Notes under the pieces: model-generated | Database searches by the model: none | What the model was told of the DNA's origin: nothing | What the model saw: the letters and a program-made list of their open reading frames with translations, nothing else | Position numbers and translations under genes: made by a program | Source of the DNA: Tetramitus jugosus | Lineage: Eukaryota > Protista > Heterolobosea | NCBI GenBank assembly: GCA_937625935.1 | Contig: OW569378.1 | Location: 393,454-457,453, forward strand | Length of the DNA: 64,000 nucleotides | Reading direction: 5' to 3' | Shown: positions 20,579-31,800 of the stretch, in pieces | How positions within the stretch are numbered: the first letter of the stretch is position 1 | Layout of the letters: every line of letters begins with the position of its first letter

Positions 20579-23500
20579 CTATTTTGGGTTAGCATACCCG
20601 ATCTGTAACAATTCGTAATCTTCTTGCATCGAATGTCCGACAGGATTGGTGTCCTTGAATTGAGAGATGTCCACGAGTTTCATCTCCTCAGACATTGGTA
20701 AGATGATATCGTTGAGTATTGCTTGACCCAAACCAGGACTGACAAGTGCCTGAATGCTCTTCAATGTCTTGGATAAAGCCCAATATTCTTGACCATAAAT
20801 CATATCCCGATTCACTCTGTCAGACAATGTGTGAAGCAATGGTATCCACAGCGAACTACTTTCATCCGAATCGTCAAGAACACCTTCCGTAGATGATTCT
20901 TTAGCGTTGTCCACCAGAGTTAGCGTAATGAACTCTAACAGTTCAATCGTTTGAATCGTTATGACTTCATGACTCTGTTCCAGGAATATTCGTATACAGG
21001 CTATGCAGTCCTTGTAGCAGTCAGAATATATAACAACGTCAAAGTTTTGGTGCACCAGTGCAGAGAGATTAGCAAATGCGTGTTGCACTATCAAAAACTT
21101 CTCGAGAATCTCTCGTTCCTCTATTGTTTGGCTTTGGTGGACCAGAGATCCTATTTTCACAGATATCGCCAGAATCTGAATGATATGCTTGCTTGCTTGA
21201 CAATCAACAGTCTTGGGAAGGCTGACCATAATCGTTCCCACGCTCTGCACAACTGCATCCATCACATAAATCTTATCGGATGTGGAGTTGATGTTCATGA
21301 ATACATCAAGTATTTCGATGATGGTTACAAAGTTTCGAGACAACATGGAGAGTCCCAGAGCTTTTAAGCAGTTTATGGCACACAATATTACTCCTTTGGT
21401 GTTCTTTTGGGTCAAGATATCACATAATCCATGAGAGATGGTCTTCCAGAATTTCTTCATCTCTTGTTTCGGTCGATGAAGGTTGTAATTGAGAATTTCT
21501 GGTAATAAATTCGTAAAGAATATCTTGCTCTCTTGTTCTATGGGGGAAGATAAGTACTCCATGAGATATTCAAGAAATTCGTAGAAACCTTGTTCTGATA
21601 ATTGAGATGTTTTCGGCCACAAATCAACGGAATATGCATAGAAAAGTTGATGATGAAGTTGGTTGTTGGAGTCCTTGTTTGGTAACTTCTGGTTGACTAT
21701 GAACGCTATACATCGAAACACTTGAATCCAACAGTTTTCAAACTGATTTCCATACTCCCCAGTTAGTCGAAACAATATCTTTAGATACTTAAATGTTTCA
21801 TCTGAGTGGCTAAGTACTGTCGCTCTATTGGCGAGCGAAGCAATAAAATGATACAACTTCTTGTTCATACCATGTTCGGCACTGATCACACAACATATCT
21901 CTGTTAGTGTACTGTATGCATCTATACTCACTAGATCAGGAGAATTCACCAATGGATGCACGTACTCGAGTATTAATTCGAATAGAGAGAGAATGTAATC
22001 ACTGTTGCCAGTATTTTTGGGCAAAATTGAACCACCGGATAGCACACTGGAAGGAACATACTGCCTGCAGATGTAATTCATTTCATCGACAATCTGTTGT
22101 TGATTGAAGGACGAAGTGCTTCCCTTCACATGGCTCTTGACTGAAAGACGGTCGATATCAGGAAGTTTCCTCACCTGTTCGTAGCACTTTCGAACAAATT
22201 CATCACTGAATACATTTTTGTCGTAACTCAAGAAACTTCTTTGGAAATGAGGTAACGTTGTTTGCTTATTCCGAATACAATCAACGATACATTTGACCAG
22301 AAACATTAGATCTTCCTCTTTTAGTATGGAGCTGACATTGTCCCTCTTGAACTTTCTAACAAATTCGAGGATCAATACATCGTGTTTCATCTGCCGTATA
22401 TCCAAATTGATCGTCTGTAAATACATGTATGTGGATAGTACGATATCTCTATTCTTTAGAAACAGATTATCAACAAAACGATGAAGCAGCTCAGGATGAG
22501 AACACAACAAGTTTGCTGTTCGACTCCGATCTAATCCATTGGAGTGCAAAAATAATGCCACATCTTCATCTTCATCGTTAATAAAGTGATTATGTTTGAA
22601 TAGTTTGATTGCGACCTCCTCGTTCACTGTATTATAATGTTTCATGAATGATTGGAAATCTTTTTTTCTCTCACGAATTAAGGCAAGAGGATATTCATCT
22701 GTTGGCTTAGAATCACACTTTCGGACAGCACATAATAATTGGATTAGAAACTTCAGAGAATCGTTTCTCATTGTTGAATCATTCGTAATCACATATTGTA
22801 ATGATTCTAGAAGTTCATGAATCACATTGTGACAGAGAGTATTGCAATCGAACAGACTAAATAATTCTATCAGAATGGTGGGATTTCGACCTAGCATGTC
22901 AGACAAACTTTGGATAATTTCTTTCTGCAGAGCCGATCCAGATACTGGCAACAAGTGAAATGTAATCCTCAGTAAAAGTTCCAATTCTAACTTCATTCTC
23001 TGACGGCATTGCTCTACTAATATTTTCACGATGGTTATGCTTTTCTTAAACAACACCGTGTTCCCATAGGTTAGATTGATTAATAAGGATTGAACCATCG
23101 GGAGTTTTACATAGTTACAGAAGAAGTCAGAATCGGACAACTTGTGTGCCGAAGTTTGTAACACCTTTTTCAGTATTTTCAGGGCTAACCTATGTAACTG
23201 AATTTCGATAGCGACGTCTTCTCTGGTCGTGGCCACTTCCTTCATCGATAAATTACAGATGATGCGAAGGAGTAGGACCACATCAATTTGAAACTCACTG
23301 TGTAAGTTATTATCTGGCTGTGAAAGACTCCGCTCTATGCACACATTAAGTATCTGTACCAGTGTATTCTGTGCCTTTTTCAGGCAACTCTGTCTTGCAA
23401 TTGATACTGAAGTTGGGTGACTTGTTTGTTTCAAGTCATCTGAACTATTCATACAAATAGAAAAACATGTCTGGGTCGCGAGAGTCAATCCTTCTCCATG

Positions 23501-24103
23501 AACTCTACAAGTGAGTATCGTACAGAGTAGTGTGTTCAATATATCGGTCGCGACAGATATCGTCTCTATATTGTCTAACCTCTTTTCTACTTCATCTGCA
23601 TAGCAACAGCACACGTTGTTTATGATTGCTCCCCCTATATCATCATTCTCCTCTGGAACACATCTCGCTGATAGCAACTTTTGAAGACAGTCGAACAATA
23701 ATCTCAAAACTGATACTTTCCGTATGGTTTGAATAGCCAGGAGTAGAGGTGTAAAGTATTGATGGGGATTTGTCTTCACTGATCTTAGTGGATCCTCCAT
23801 TCCACCAACTCTATCAAAAACAGATGCTAAATGAAGGGATTCATGACTGTTTCTAGCAATATCATTCAGCACAACTTCACACAACTTTCGAAGTTCTGAC
23901 CTTTGTCCTGATAGGTGCGAAATGATGCTCCTCATTGTTTTTTCATAATAGAATAGGGTGACAACCTTTCGATTTTTTTGCTGTTTCGCTGGTGACCATG
24001 AAGATGGACTACTGGGTGGACTGTCCATGGAGGACGAGCTGCTCATGGTGTCAATCGTGCATTGGTGGCTTGACCTCATCATTCTCGATATGCTTGTTTT
24101 CAT
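20579..24103 (-). CDS. BIG/Sec7-family large ARF-GEF-like protein with degenerate Sec7 domain
   Basis: DCB (PLLLA...DCLQKL...VHGEGL), HUS (LKLELE...ELFSLFDC..N), Sec7 remnant (EDVALFL..GLDR) and HDS (GNQFENCWIQVFRC) regions in the canonical order. Confidence 0.75.
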   Translation of the reverse strand: MKTSISRMMRSSHQCTIDTMSSSSSMDSPPSSPSSWSPAKQQKNRKVVTLFYYEKTMRSIISHLSGQRSELRKLCEVVLNDIARNSHESLHLASVFDRVGGMEDPLRSVKTNPHQYFTPLLLAIQTIRKVSVLRLLFDCLQKLLSARCVPEENDDIGGAIINNVCCCYADEVEKRLDNIETISVATDILNTLLCTILTCRVHGEGLTLATQTCFSICMNSSDDLKQTSHPTSVSIARQSCLKKAQNTLVQILNVCIERSLSQPDNNLHSEFQIDVVLLLRIICNLSMKEVATTREDVAIEIQLHRLALKILKKVLQTSAHKLSDSDFFCNYVKLPMVQSLLINLTYGNTVLFKKSITIVKILVEQCRQRMKLELELLLRITFHLLPVSGSALQKEIIQSLSDMLGRNPTILIELFSLFDCNTLCHNVIHELLESLQYVITNDSTMRNDSLKFLIQLLCAVRKCDSKPTDEYPLALIRERKKDFQSFMKHYNTVNEEVAIKLFKHNHFINDEDEDVALFLHSNGLDRSRTANLLCSHPELLHRFVDNLFLKNRDIVLSTYMYLQTINLDIRQMKHDVLILEFVRKFKRDNVSSILKEEDLMFLVKCIVDCIRNKQTTLPHFQRSFLSYDKNVFSDEFVRKCYEQVRKLPDIDRLSVKSHVKGSTSSFNQQQIVDEMNYICRQYVPSSVLSGGSILPKNTGNSDYILSLFELILEYVHPLVNSPDLVSIDAYSTLTEICCVISAEHGMNKKLYHFIASLANRATVLSHSDETFKYLKILFRLTGEYGNQFENCWIQVFRCIAFIVNQKLPNKDSNNQLHHQLFYAYSVDLWPKTSQLSEQGFYEFLEYLMEYLSSPIEQESKIFFTNLLPEILNYNLHRPKQEMKKFWKTISHGLCDILTQKNTKGVILCAINCLKALGLSMLSRNFVTIIEILDVFMNINSTSDKIYVMDAVVQSVGTIMVSLPKTVDCQASKHIIQILAISVKIGSLVHQSQTIEEREILEKFLIVQHAFANLSALVHQNFDVVIYSDCYKDCIACIRIFLEQSHEVITIQTIELLEFITLTLVDNAKESSTEGVLDDSDESSSLWIPLLHTLSDRVNRDMIYGQEYWALSKTLKSIQALVSPGLGQAILNDIILPMSEEMKLVDISQFKDTNPVGHSMQEDYELLQIGYANPK

Positions 24104-24317
24104 TCTTCAAAGAATTTATCTGGAGAGGAGTCCTGAGAACAAAGAAAATCTAGTGTTCGATATCTAAGAACAACGGCGTCACTGTAAATTCGTCGCCGAT
24201 TATCTACAAATATTTTTGGACAGGTATTGACCGCGCACCCAATTTGGTTCTTTGCACAGGAATAAAAACAGAAAATTGCAGCCTTCTTGCTGAATTCTCC
24301 ACAACAAATACTTGAAC

Positions 24318-24950
24318 ATGCTTCGATCCGGTGTCTATACTATTACTAACAAGTCGACAGGACTCTGTTTAGAATCGCCTCCTCCCAATGCAAAGCAACT
24401 CTCGCAAGCTCATCCAAGAGCATCCATGACTCCTTCTTCCATACTCCACGATGGAGGAGTCAACAAGGAATGGTTCATTGAAGAAGTGGGTAATGGGCGG
24501 TACTTGATCAAGAATACGCACAATATGGCTCTGGATTCAAACGAGAATGTCCCTCAACAGGACCACTCTCATTCAATGCCCTTCCTGTACAGTGCAAGCT
24601 CAACGTCACCCAACCATCGATGGATTATTGAATTTTCGGGAGAACCCGACACTTTTTTCATTCTGTCAGAATACAATGGTAAGGCATTGGATGGCAATGT
24701 TGATGGTGCGCAACAAACAGATTATGCCAACAAGGCTCCGTTCCTGTGGCCTCTGAACAGACAAGCTCAGAATCACAAGTGGATCATTTCTCCAGTGAGA
24801 GGACAATACAATCCTCCTAGTTATCCACCGAGCTATCCTCAGACGAATTATCCCAGTGGCGGAGATGAAATTCATCCTTCTGCTCCTCCCACACAACACA
24901 GCTCTGGTGGTTCAAACAATCCAAATTGGAGCAGTGGAGGTGGTTACTAA
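24318..24950 (+). CDS. Ricin-B/beta-trefoil lectin-like protein with Pro/Tyr-rich tail
   Basis: GVYTITNKSTGLCL, GRYLIKN...ALD, NGKALDGN, and three N(K/H)xW sub-repeats; YPPSYPP tail. Confidence 0.75.
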   Translation: MLRSGVYTITNKSTGLCLESPPPNAKQLSQAHPRASMTPSSILHDGGVNKEWFIEEVGNGRYLIKNTHNMALDSNENVPQQDHSHSMPFLYSASSTSPNHRWIIEFSGEPDTFFILSEYNGKALDGNVDGAQQTDYANKAPFLWPLNRQAQNHKWIISPVRGQYNPPSYPPSYPQTNYPSGGDEIHPSAPPTQHSSGGSNNPNWSSGGGY

Positions 24951-25136
24951 ACCACAAATCTTCATCGATACAACTCTAAAATTCTTTCATTTTAAAACCT
25001 TCAACTATCTTGTTGTTATCTCTGAAATCTGTGTGTTGTCTGAGCCGCTCCAAACAACAAAGAGTTCAAAAAAAAACGCCAAAAAAACAACCAACAAAAC
25101 CAACACACCACACCAACTCAACACACCACAACTCCA

Positions 25137-27512
25137 ATGATCACCAACAACCAAAGAACGGACGGTAATATTTTGATTGATTCAACTGAACAGTTTCATC
25201 AAATATTGGCTCCCATTCTCGATCAAACAAGGATCATTGCCATTGACTGTGAAGGCAGTCCAGATCTCAGTAAGACTGGTACTCTGTGCGTGTTGCAACT
25301 GTGTGCTGTTGTTGAAACTCATGACGAAAAAAGCGGAGAAAAGAGCGGAGAAACTATTGCGGCTTATGTGGTGGATGCCTTGGCAGAAGAAGGAGCGATA
25401 ATTCAATTGTTGAAGCCTGTTTTAGAGTCGACTCTAGTGTTAAAGGTGATTCATGATGTGAGAAGAGATGCTGAAGCTCTATTTTTTCAGTTTGATATTT
25501 GCTTGGTGAACGTGTTGGACACTCAAGTGGCATATCGAATGATTTTGATGAGTAATTTGTTGAATAGTCGGCACTATCAGTTGAATGAGTCGGTGATTCC
25601 GTGGAGAACGTTGAGCTTTGAGACGCATCTGTTGACTCTGTCGAGAATTTATGGTTTTTTGGTTCATGCGATTCATGATGACTCAACGACGACAGCGACC
25701 ATAGAGACTACAACGGATACGACAACTGAAACGAATACAAATAATTCTTTATTAATGGAACAAGTGGATCGGACGAATGTTGATTGGGACAATAATCAAT
25801 TAATCAAATTGATTCGACAAGAAATTTCAACGGATTTTGTTACAAACAGCAAGAATCAAGTTCAAGGCTTGGCACAAGTGATATGTGATGTGATTGTATC
25901 GAGTCATTTACATCCTAATAATATATGTGACAAAGCAAATACATTCCCCAAGTTCTCTGCACAGCTCTGTTACTCTCTTGTAAAGCATTTGGAACTCGGT
26001 AAGAAGCTCAAAACTGCCTTCAAGTCCGATTTCAAGAACCATTTAATGGAAACCAATTTCGATAATCTCAAGAGACTCCAACAACAATTGATTCAATTTT
26101 TGAATGGTGCAGATCATTTTTCAACAGATAGTGACTGGCCAGTCATGTCTCATTCTGTTGCAAGGCACATGGCACTCTTTCACTTTAGGAAAATGTTGAT
26201 GAATCATGCACGATTCCTAGGAGAGTTGTTCAATGTTGGTGCTGGTCTGTATACTGAATCAGCACTATTGAATGCATTGCAACTCATTGCCCAGAATGAT
26301 GATGACATTAGAGATGAATCAGACAAGCTCACTTATCAGAAGATGATTAGTGACTATCTTTGTACGATATTATCTATTGTAGGATCAAAGCTAGGCCGCG
26401 CAAAAACTCTCAACATACTCGAGCAGTTCAACTGGATAAACTCTGAGATCCATTCTGCCCTGACTCAATCTGTACTTGATGCGATTCAAACTTCATTGGA
26501 CCATGCTGATTCGAACGATGAAACAAAAGATGCGTCTACTGTGATCAATATTACCATAGATCAAGAGAGTGAGCCAAAAGTTGAAGATATAGTCCCGTTT
26601 AGAACAATGCTTGCCGATATATCTTTAGTGAAAATGCTACTTCAATGCACAGATATTGACTATTCTGAGAAGATGGAACACAGATCAAGTGTTCGCGAAG
26701 ATCCTGAATATTGGAAGGTGAGACCACTATCGCCAGAGCTTGCTGATATCGCAGCCAAGGATGTCTTGAATCTGATACCACTGTATGAAGCGATTCGATT
26801 TTTGGTGGCTATTGACAGATTCAGGTATCCAGAAAACTTCAAACACATTGCGAACCAAATCATCGAAAAGAGTGATTTATATGCATCTACCATCAGACTA
26901 TTCGGTTATGTGGAGTTGACACCTGCATCCTATACACCCTTTGATCTGTACAATAAGCAATTCGTCAAGTTTGAACATAAGGCATCAGACTCCACATCAG
27001 AGCACCAAATACTTGTCATTCTAGATGTAAAGCAGAACATGGGTCGGATTATTGGTCGCTTCGGAAGGAACTTACAAGCTCTTCAAATCATGTCTCCATC
27101 GGTCAATGTATTTACCTTTAGAACAGCTCCCAACAGACTCTACCTCATTGGTATTGAAGAAGAGATACAAACATTTATTCAGAACCTGCCCAAGAATGCA
27201 AACGTGTTTATGCACAAGGAAAAGTACTCGAAAGCTTTGAACAGGAACATGAATCTGATACAAGTCGAACAAACCTCAAACTGTTCCATCTATGTGTTTG
27301 AACAAGGTGAGAACAAGAAGATTCGACTATGTGGTACTGACGTTCAAATCGACCAGGCCAAACGTATGATTGCCCAGTACACCACCGCTACAGGTACCAA
27401 TCACAATCAACAATTTTTATTCATCCCTCCGTCCATCACCACTACCACCACCTCTTCACCATCAAATGATACCCCTCCTCCCTCCTCAAACAACAACTCT
27501 CTCCAACAGTAA
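25137..27512 (+). CDS. EXD1/Egalitarian-like DEDD 3'-5' exonuclease interrupted by a MIF4G-like domain, with C-terminal KH domains
   Basis: IAIDCEG (ExoI), KVIHDVRRD (ExoII), DTQVAY; RFLGELF...YLCTILSIVG (MIF4G); W..RPLSPEL..IAAKDV (ExoIII); GRIIGRFGRNL (KH GxxG loop). Confidence 0.8.
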   Translation: MITNNQRTDGNILIDSTEQFHQILAPILDQTRIIAIDCEGSPDLSKTGTLCVLQLCAVVETHDEKSGEKSGETIAAYVVDALAEEGAIIQLLKPVLESTLVLKVIHDVRRDAEALFFQFDICLVNVLDTQVAYRMILMSNLLNSRHYQLNESVIPWRTLSFETHLLTLSRIYGFLVHAIHDDSTTTATIETTTDTTTETNTNNSLLMEQVDRTNVDWDNNQLIKLIRQEISTDFVTNSKNQVQGLAQVICDVIVSSHLHPNNICDKANTFPKFSAQLCYSLVKHLELGKKLKTAFKSDFKNHLMETNFDNLKRLQQQLIQFLNGADHFSTDSDWPVMSHSVARHMALFHFRKMLMNHARFLGELFNVGAGLYTESALLNALQLIAQNDDDIRDESDKLTYQKMISDYLCTILSIVGSKLGRAKTLNILEQFNWINSEIHSALTQSVLDAIQTSLDHADSNDETKDASTVINITIDQESEPKVEDIVPFRTMLADISLVKMLLQCTDIDYSEKMEHRSSVREDPEYWKVRPLSPELADIAAKDVLNLIPLYEAIRFLVAIDRFRYPENFKHIANQIIEKSDLYASTIRLFGYVELTPASYTPFDLYNKQFVKFEHKASDSTSEHQILVILDVKQNMGRIIGRFGRNLQALQIMSPSVNVFTFRTAPNRLYLIGIEEEIQTFIQNLPKNANVFMHKEKYSKALNRNMNLIQVEQTSNCSIYVFEQGENKKIRLCGTDVQIDQAKRMIAQYTTATGTNHNQQFLFIPPSITTTTTSSPSNDTPPPSSNNNSLQQ

Positions 27513-27588
27513 ATAAATACAAAAGGAACTTAGACAAACCCCAATTACGTGTTCTCTTGTTCATCTGCTTCAACAACAACAAAAATAG

Positions 27589-28755
27589 ATGAGAAAAACA
27601 ACAACAAAAATGCCACAACAACAACCAAAATCAACATCATCCTCACCAACATTAGAAAACCCTACTACAAATACCACCGTCATATCCATCACCAATCACA
27701 ACAATCATTCATCAGACAATGCCATTGTCAATGACAACAATAACAACCATAACACGAATGATACTGATGATGATGAACTCTTATATGTAACAACAACTGC
27801 AACTACAACAAGTGAGAATAAAGAAGAAGAAGAAGATGAGCTATTCATGGTAGCATCACTAAAGAATAAAAAATCAAGTAATATAGTCGTTGGTGGTGGT
27901 CGTTTCACCTATCGTAGCAGTAACAACAACAATAACATGTACAGTTATAACAATAACAATAGCTCTCATCTATTTTTAGGTAATAATGAACTACAGCAAC
28001 AATTTTCAGTGATGGACGTTGTGAGACTAAGGTTCAGTAGACTACTCCAATCCAATATCTATCACGTATTTTATGTGATTATGATTGCAGTGTGTGTTGC
28101 GCTGTTTGTTTGGACGTTGATCAAGAAGGGTCACCCTGATAGCTTACTGTTTTTGTATCTTGAAATTTTGGTCACGTTTGCGTTGATGACAGAAGTGACG
28201 TTGAAAATTTTTTTGGTTGAAGGAAGTGTGTATTTTCAGTCGTATTGGAATTGGTTGGATTTTGTGGTGAGTGTCATGTGTGTCATTAGCTTTATCATTT
28301 ATTTGATAAAGAGAGGTGTGGAGACTAGGTGGGAAGCGTTGACGGATACGACTTTGATGACGTTTCGATACGTTTCTCAAATTGCACGGATTATTTTCTT
28401 TATTCAAAAGTATGTTGTTTTTTATTGTATTTGTTTTTTGTTGTTGTTTGGTTGTATTTGGTTGTCTTGTTTTGTGTTTGATTGTAAGGGGGAAAAATTT
28501 AGCTTACAATCATTGTAATCATTTGTTTGATAATGTGTTTGTTTGTTGTGCAGGCAAAGGCGACAGAGACAATTTGCCAATCAGCAGTTTATTGATTTGT
28601 TTTCTGAGAGACACGAACTGTCATTGAACTCTTCGACGAGAAGATCAGACGATGATCGCCAAGATCAAGAACATGACCACCATGGTCATTTAATGTTGAA
28701 TCACTCGGATGAATACGAAGATGATTCAGATGAGGAAATGTTTGTTCGAACATGA
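27589..28755 (+). CDS. Stand-alone voltage-sensor-like (4-TM Ion_trans) protein, two exons
   Basis: LEILVTFALMTEVTLKI (S2), YWNWLDFVV (S3), FRYVSQIARII (S4). Intron 28410-28553 (GTATGT...GCAG) joins in frame to QRRQRQ. Confidence 0.75.
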
Positions 28756-28825
28756 GCTAAGTAACAAGAAATAAGTATCTCTAAATAGAAACAAAACTTC
28801 AAGATTGTATTATAGCGAATTCGAG

Positions 28826-31800
28826 TTAGAATAGATAAACAGACTGCTTTTGTTTGTCTTGTTTCCACTTTGGCAACTTTGCAAAGGCTTCACGCGTCAT
28901 CTCAAACACGATTCTGAACTCAAGGTCACTCAGATAGGTTTCCAGTATTGTAGGATCAACACCTTTGGGCAGTGGATCTCTCAGTAATTCATCATACGAG
29001 AATGTTGTACGAGCCAACTCCTGCAACTTGTCACTTAACAACTCTAATTTCGGTGTGGATTTCTTTCCCTTGTTATCTGATGAGTCGGCAGAACGATTGA
29101 CTTGCTCTTGAATCTCCTTCATTAGTCGATCTCTGTATGGACCCCAAGATTGGAAGTGTGTTGTGAATTGAGCAGGTTCCTCACATGGTCTCACAATGAA
29201 CATTCGTTTTTCAATGTCCTTTGGTCTATCTGGCTCATCTTTTAGCCCAGATTTGCATTGGGCATACTTGGCAGCAACTTCCATTGCCATTTTCTGTACG
29301 AAATGCATGGACGTTGTTCCAATCCACAAGAAAATCTCATTATCAACATCGAGCATCATGACATTAGAATTATCTAAGTCTTCTTGTGCCATGTTGTATA
29401 CACGATCCACAACAACTGCTCCAGTCGCACCGTTGAAAATATAGAGTCGCTTGAGCTGTCGAACTCCCTGTTCGTCCATGATGGCTTTGTTTTGTCGTTT
29501 AAGTGCAATTCTGTCAATGGCATTAATGTTCATCAGCTTGTAGAATTCATCAGTCTCTTCACCTTGGTTAACTGTTTTGATTGATGGCGCGCGATCAACT
29601 ATCTTCTTGATAAGATCTGTCGCAGCTGAATGCTCTGTTGGGTGACTGAATTTTCCCTTCCATATGAAAGCATTCTTCTGGTCGCTACTAATAATGACAG
29701 AAACATGATTCTGGTTGAGTTGATCCTTATTGACTTCATATGTCTCAATTGCTCGCAACTTTGCATTTCTTAAATCTCTGTATTCACTGGAGAGTCTCAC
29801 ATCAAACATTCGAATCGGATTCTGCTTGAGTCGATTCACATAGTTGGCGTACTTCCCATTGTGGATGACGAGTTGATTCTTGAACAGTGCCAAGAAATGT
29901 TTGGTCTCGTGCTGCTGTGTAATACGGAGCTGAGGTGCACTTTCAAACTCTGATGAAACATCAATAGTTAACAAAGCAGAAGCACCCTTCTCATTGATCG
30001 AACTATCTCTTCCCTGCCAGAAATAAACTAGATAATTGTCTTTGTTCGAAGTCTTGTACGATGTCATAATCACAAATGAATCACCACTGAAGAATTGACC
30101 ATAGAGTGAATTAGGGTATGGTGTCTTCTCGAATCCTTCCACTCGCCAGACTGTAGTCACATTGGTCTCAGGACTTGGGTTTCCAAACATTGGATCATTT
30201 GGAGGCTCTAATCTCATCATTGATATTGGATCAATGACTTGTTGTACTGCTCTTTGAGACACGTTGTTCTTACCCATCTTCTCTTGGTAGGCCTCCGAGC
30301 TGACGGCAATTGGCAGAACACCACCATAGTCTGACAATTTCTCTTTAAAGATCACGGGCTCACCATTTTCAATAACCTTTGTTGTGCTCGTCCATGTTGG
30401 TCTCCGCTCGCCCTGCTCCATTTTCATGGCAAACTTCTTGGCAAATTGTCTCTGCTCCTGCAATGATCCCTTACCTTCCCAGATGAATAATTCTGAGAAG
30501 CAATCAAGCAAGTAAACGTACTCACTCTTAAACAATGCCTTGGAGGGTTGCGATCCCTCATGGATCATCTTAACTTGTATCCTTCCCTTGACATCCGCTC
30601 CAGTCTTATTTGAGAGCAGATCGGTGGCTTGTAGTGATAACTTTTGTTGCTCCTTCTCTAAAATGTAACTAATTCTGTACAATTTGGTCTTGGAATCAAT
30701 CCACTGTTCAAACTCTAGATCGTCTCCTCCCTGCTCTGCTGATCGAACTGTCATGTTAGGTGGAGGAAGAGGTTGCTTCTTGTCCACAATCTTCAATTGC
30801 TTCTGAAGAATCAAGGACCAGAATTCTTGCTTTTCTGGTGTATTTTCATCGTCCTTTTCATCAATGATGAACACCTTGGCATTTCCACCTCTTTCTTTGA
30901 CACGAAGATTTGTACTGACATCAAGCCCTCTGGCCTTCTTGAACTTGGATGCCTTAGCTCCGTTCCATTGATAGATTACCTTTCCACAATCCAAGACGAA
31001 CACATCTCCCGAATTAATGCTTTCGAACTCGATTGGGACAAGTCTAGATCGAATTCTTTTCTTGCCCTTGATTTGAAGGAGCACCTTTTGCTGATTTTGC
31101 TTTACCTTAGTTGGATCTACTTGATTAGAGAACAGAGCATCCTCTTGTGCTTGGTTCTTTGGAACATCAGAGCCGGACAACAGTTTGACGACCACTGCCT
31201 CTCCATAAAGCTTACTGCCTGACATCCATTGAGCTCCTTCAGCACTCTCTCGTGTTGCGAATTTAATGTATCCCGTCTGAGAATTATTGTTCTCGTTCAT
31301 CCATAATTTCAGTAACTCCACCTCACCAAACATGAGGAAAAGATCTAGGAAGTCCTTGTTTGATACCTTATGACTGACTGACTCAATCTTTAGATATCCT
31401 GGTTCACTTGAACGCTCCTTTGCCGCTGTTTGAGAAACCAACGTAACAGAGATCTCGTGTCCATCAAGATTCATCATATCTAGACATAATGCCTGTTCAG
31501 CTGCGCTCATCTTCTTATAGGTGATGAATGCATGATCTTTGAACTTTCCAGTTCGTTGCAAATCGATCTTATCTATGACACCAAATACTTGGAAAGTGGA
31601 GCCAATATCATCTGCTGTTAAATTCTCTGAAATGGGATAAATATCAATTTGACCGGGATCTTCTTCAACAGAACCCGATCCATCAATTGACTTTGATCTG
31701 GACAAAGATTTTCGTTTCTCTGATGGATCAGCCAATCCCATTGACTCGAGCAATGCTTCTTCAGAATCAGCCTCAACGGAATGAGCAGCTGCGAGTCCAC

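Noticed and set aside
27589-28755. Call as the Hv1 proton channel
   Set aside because: No S1 Asp and no RxWRxxR in S4.
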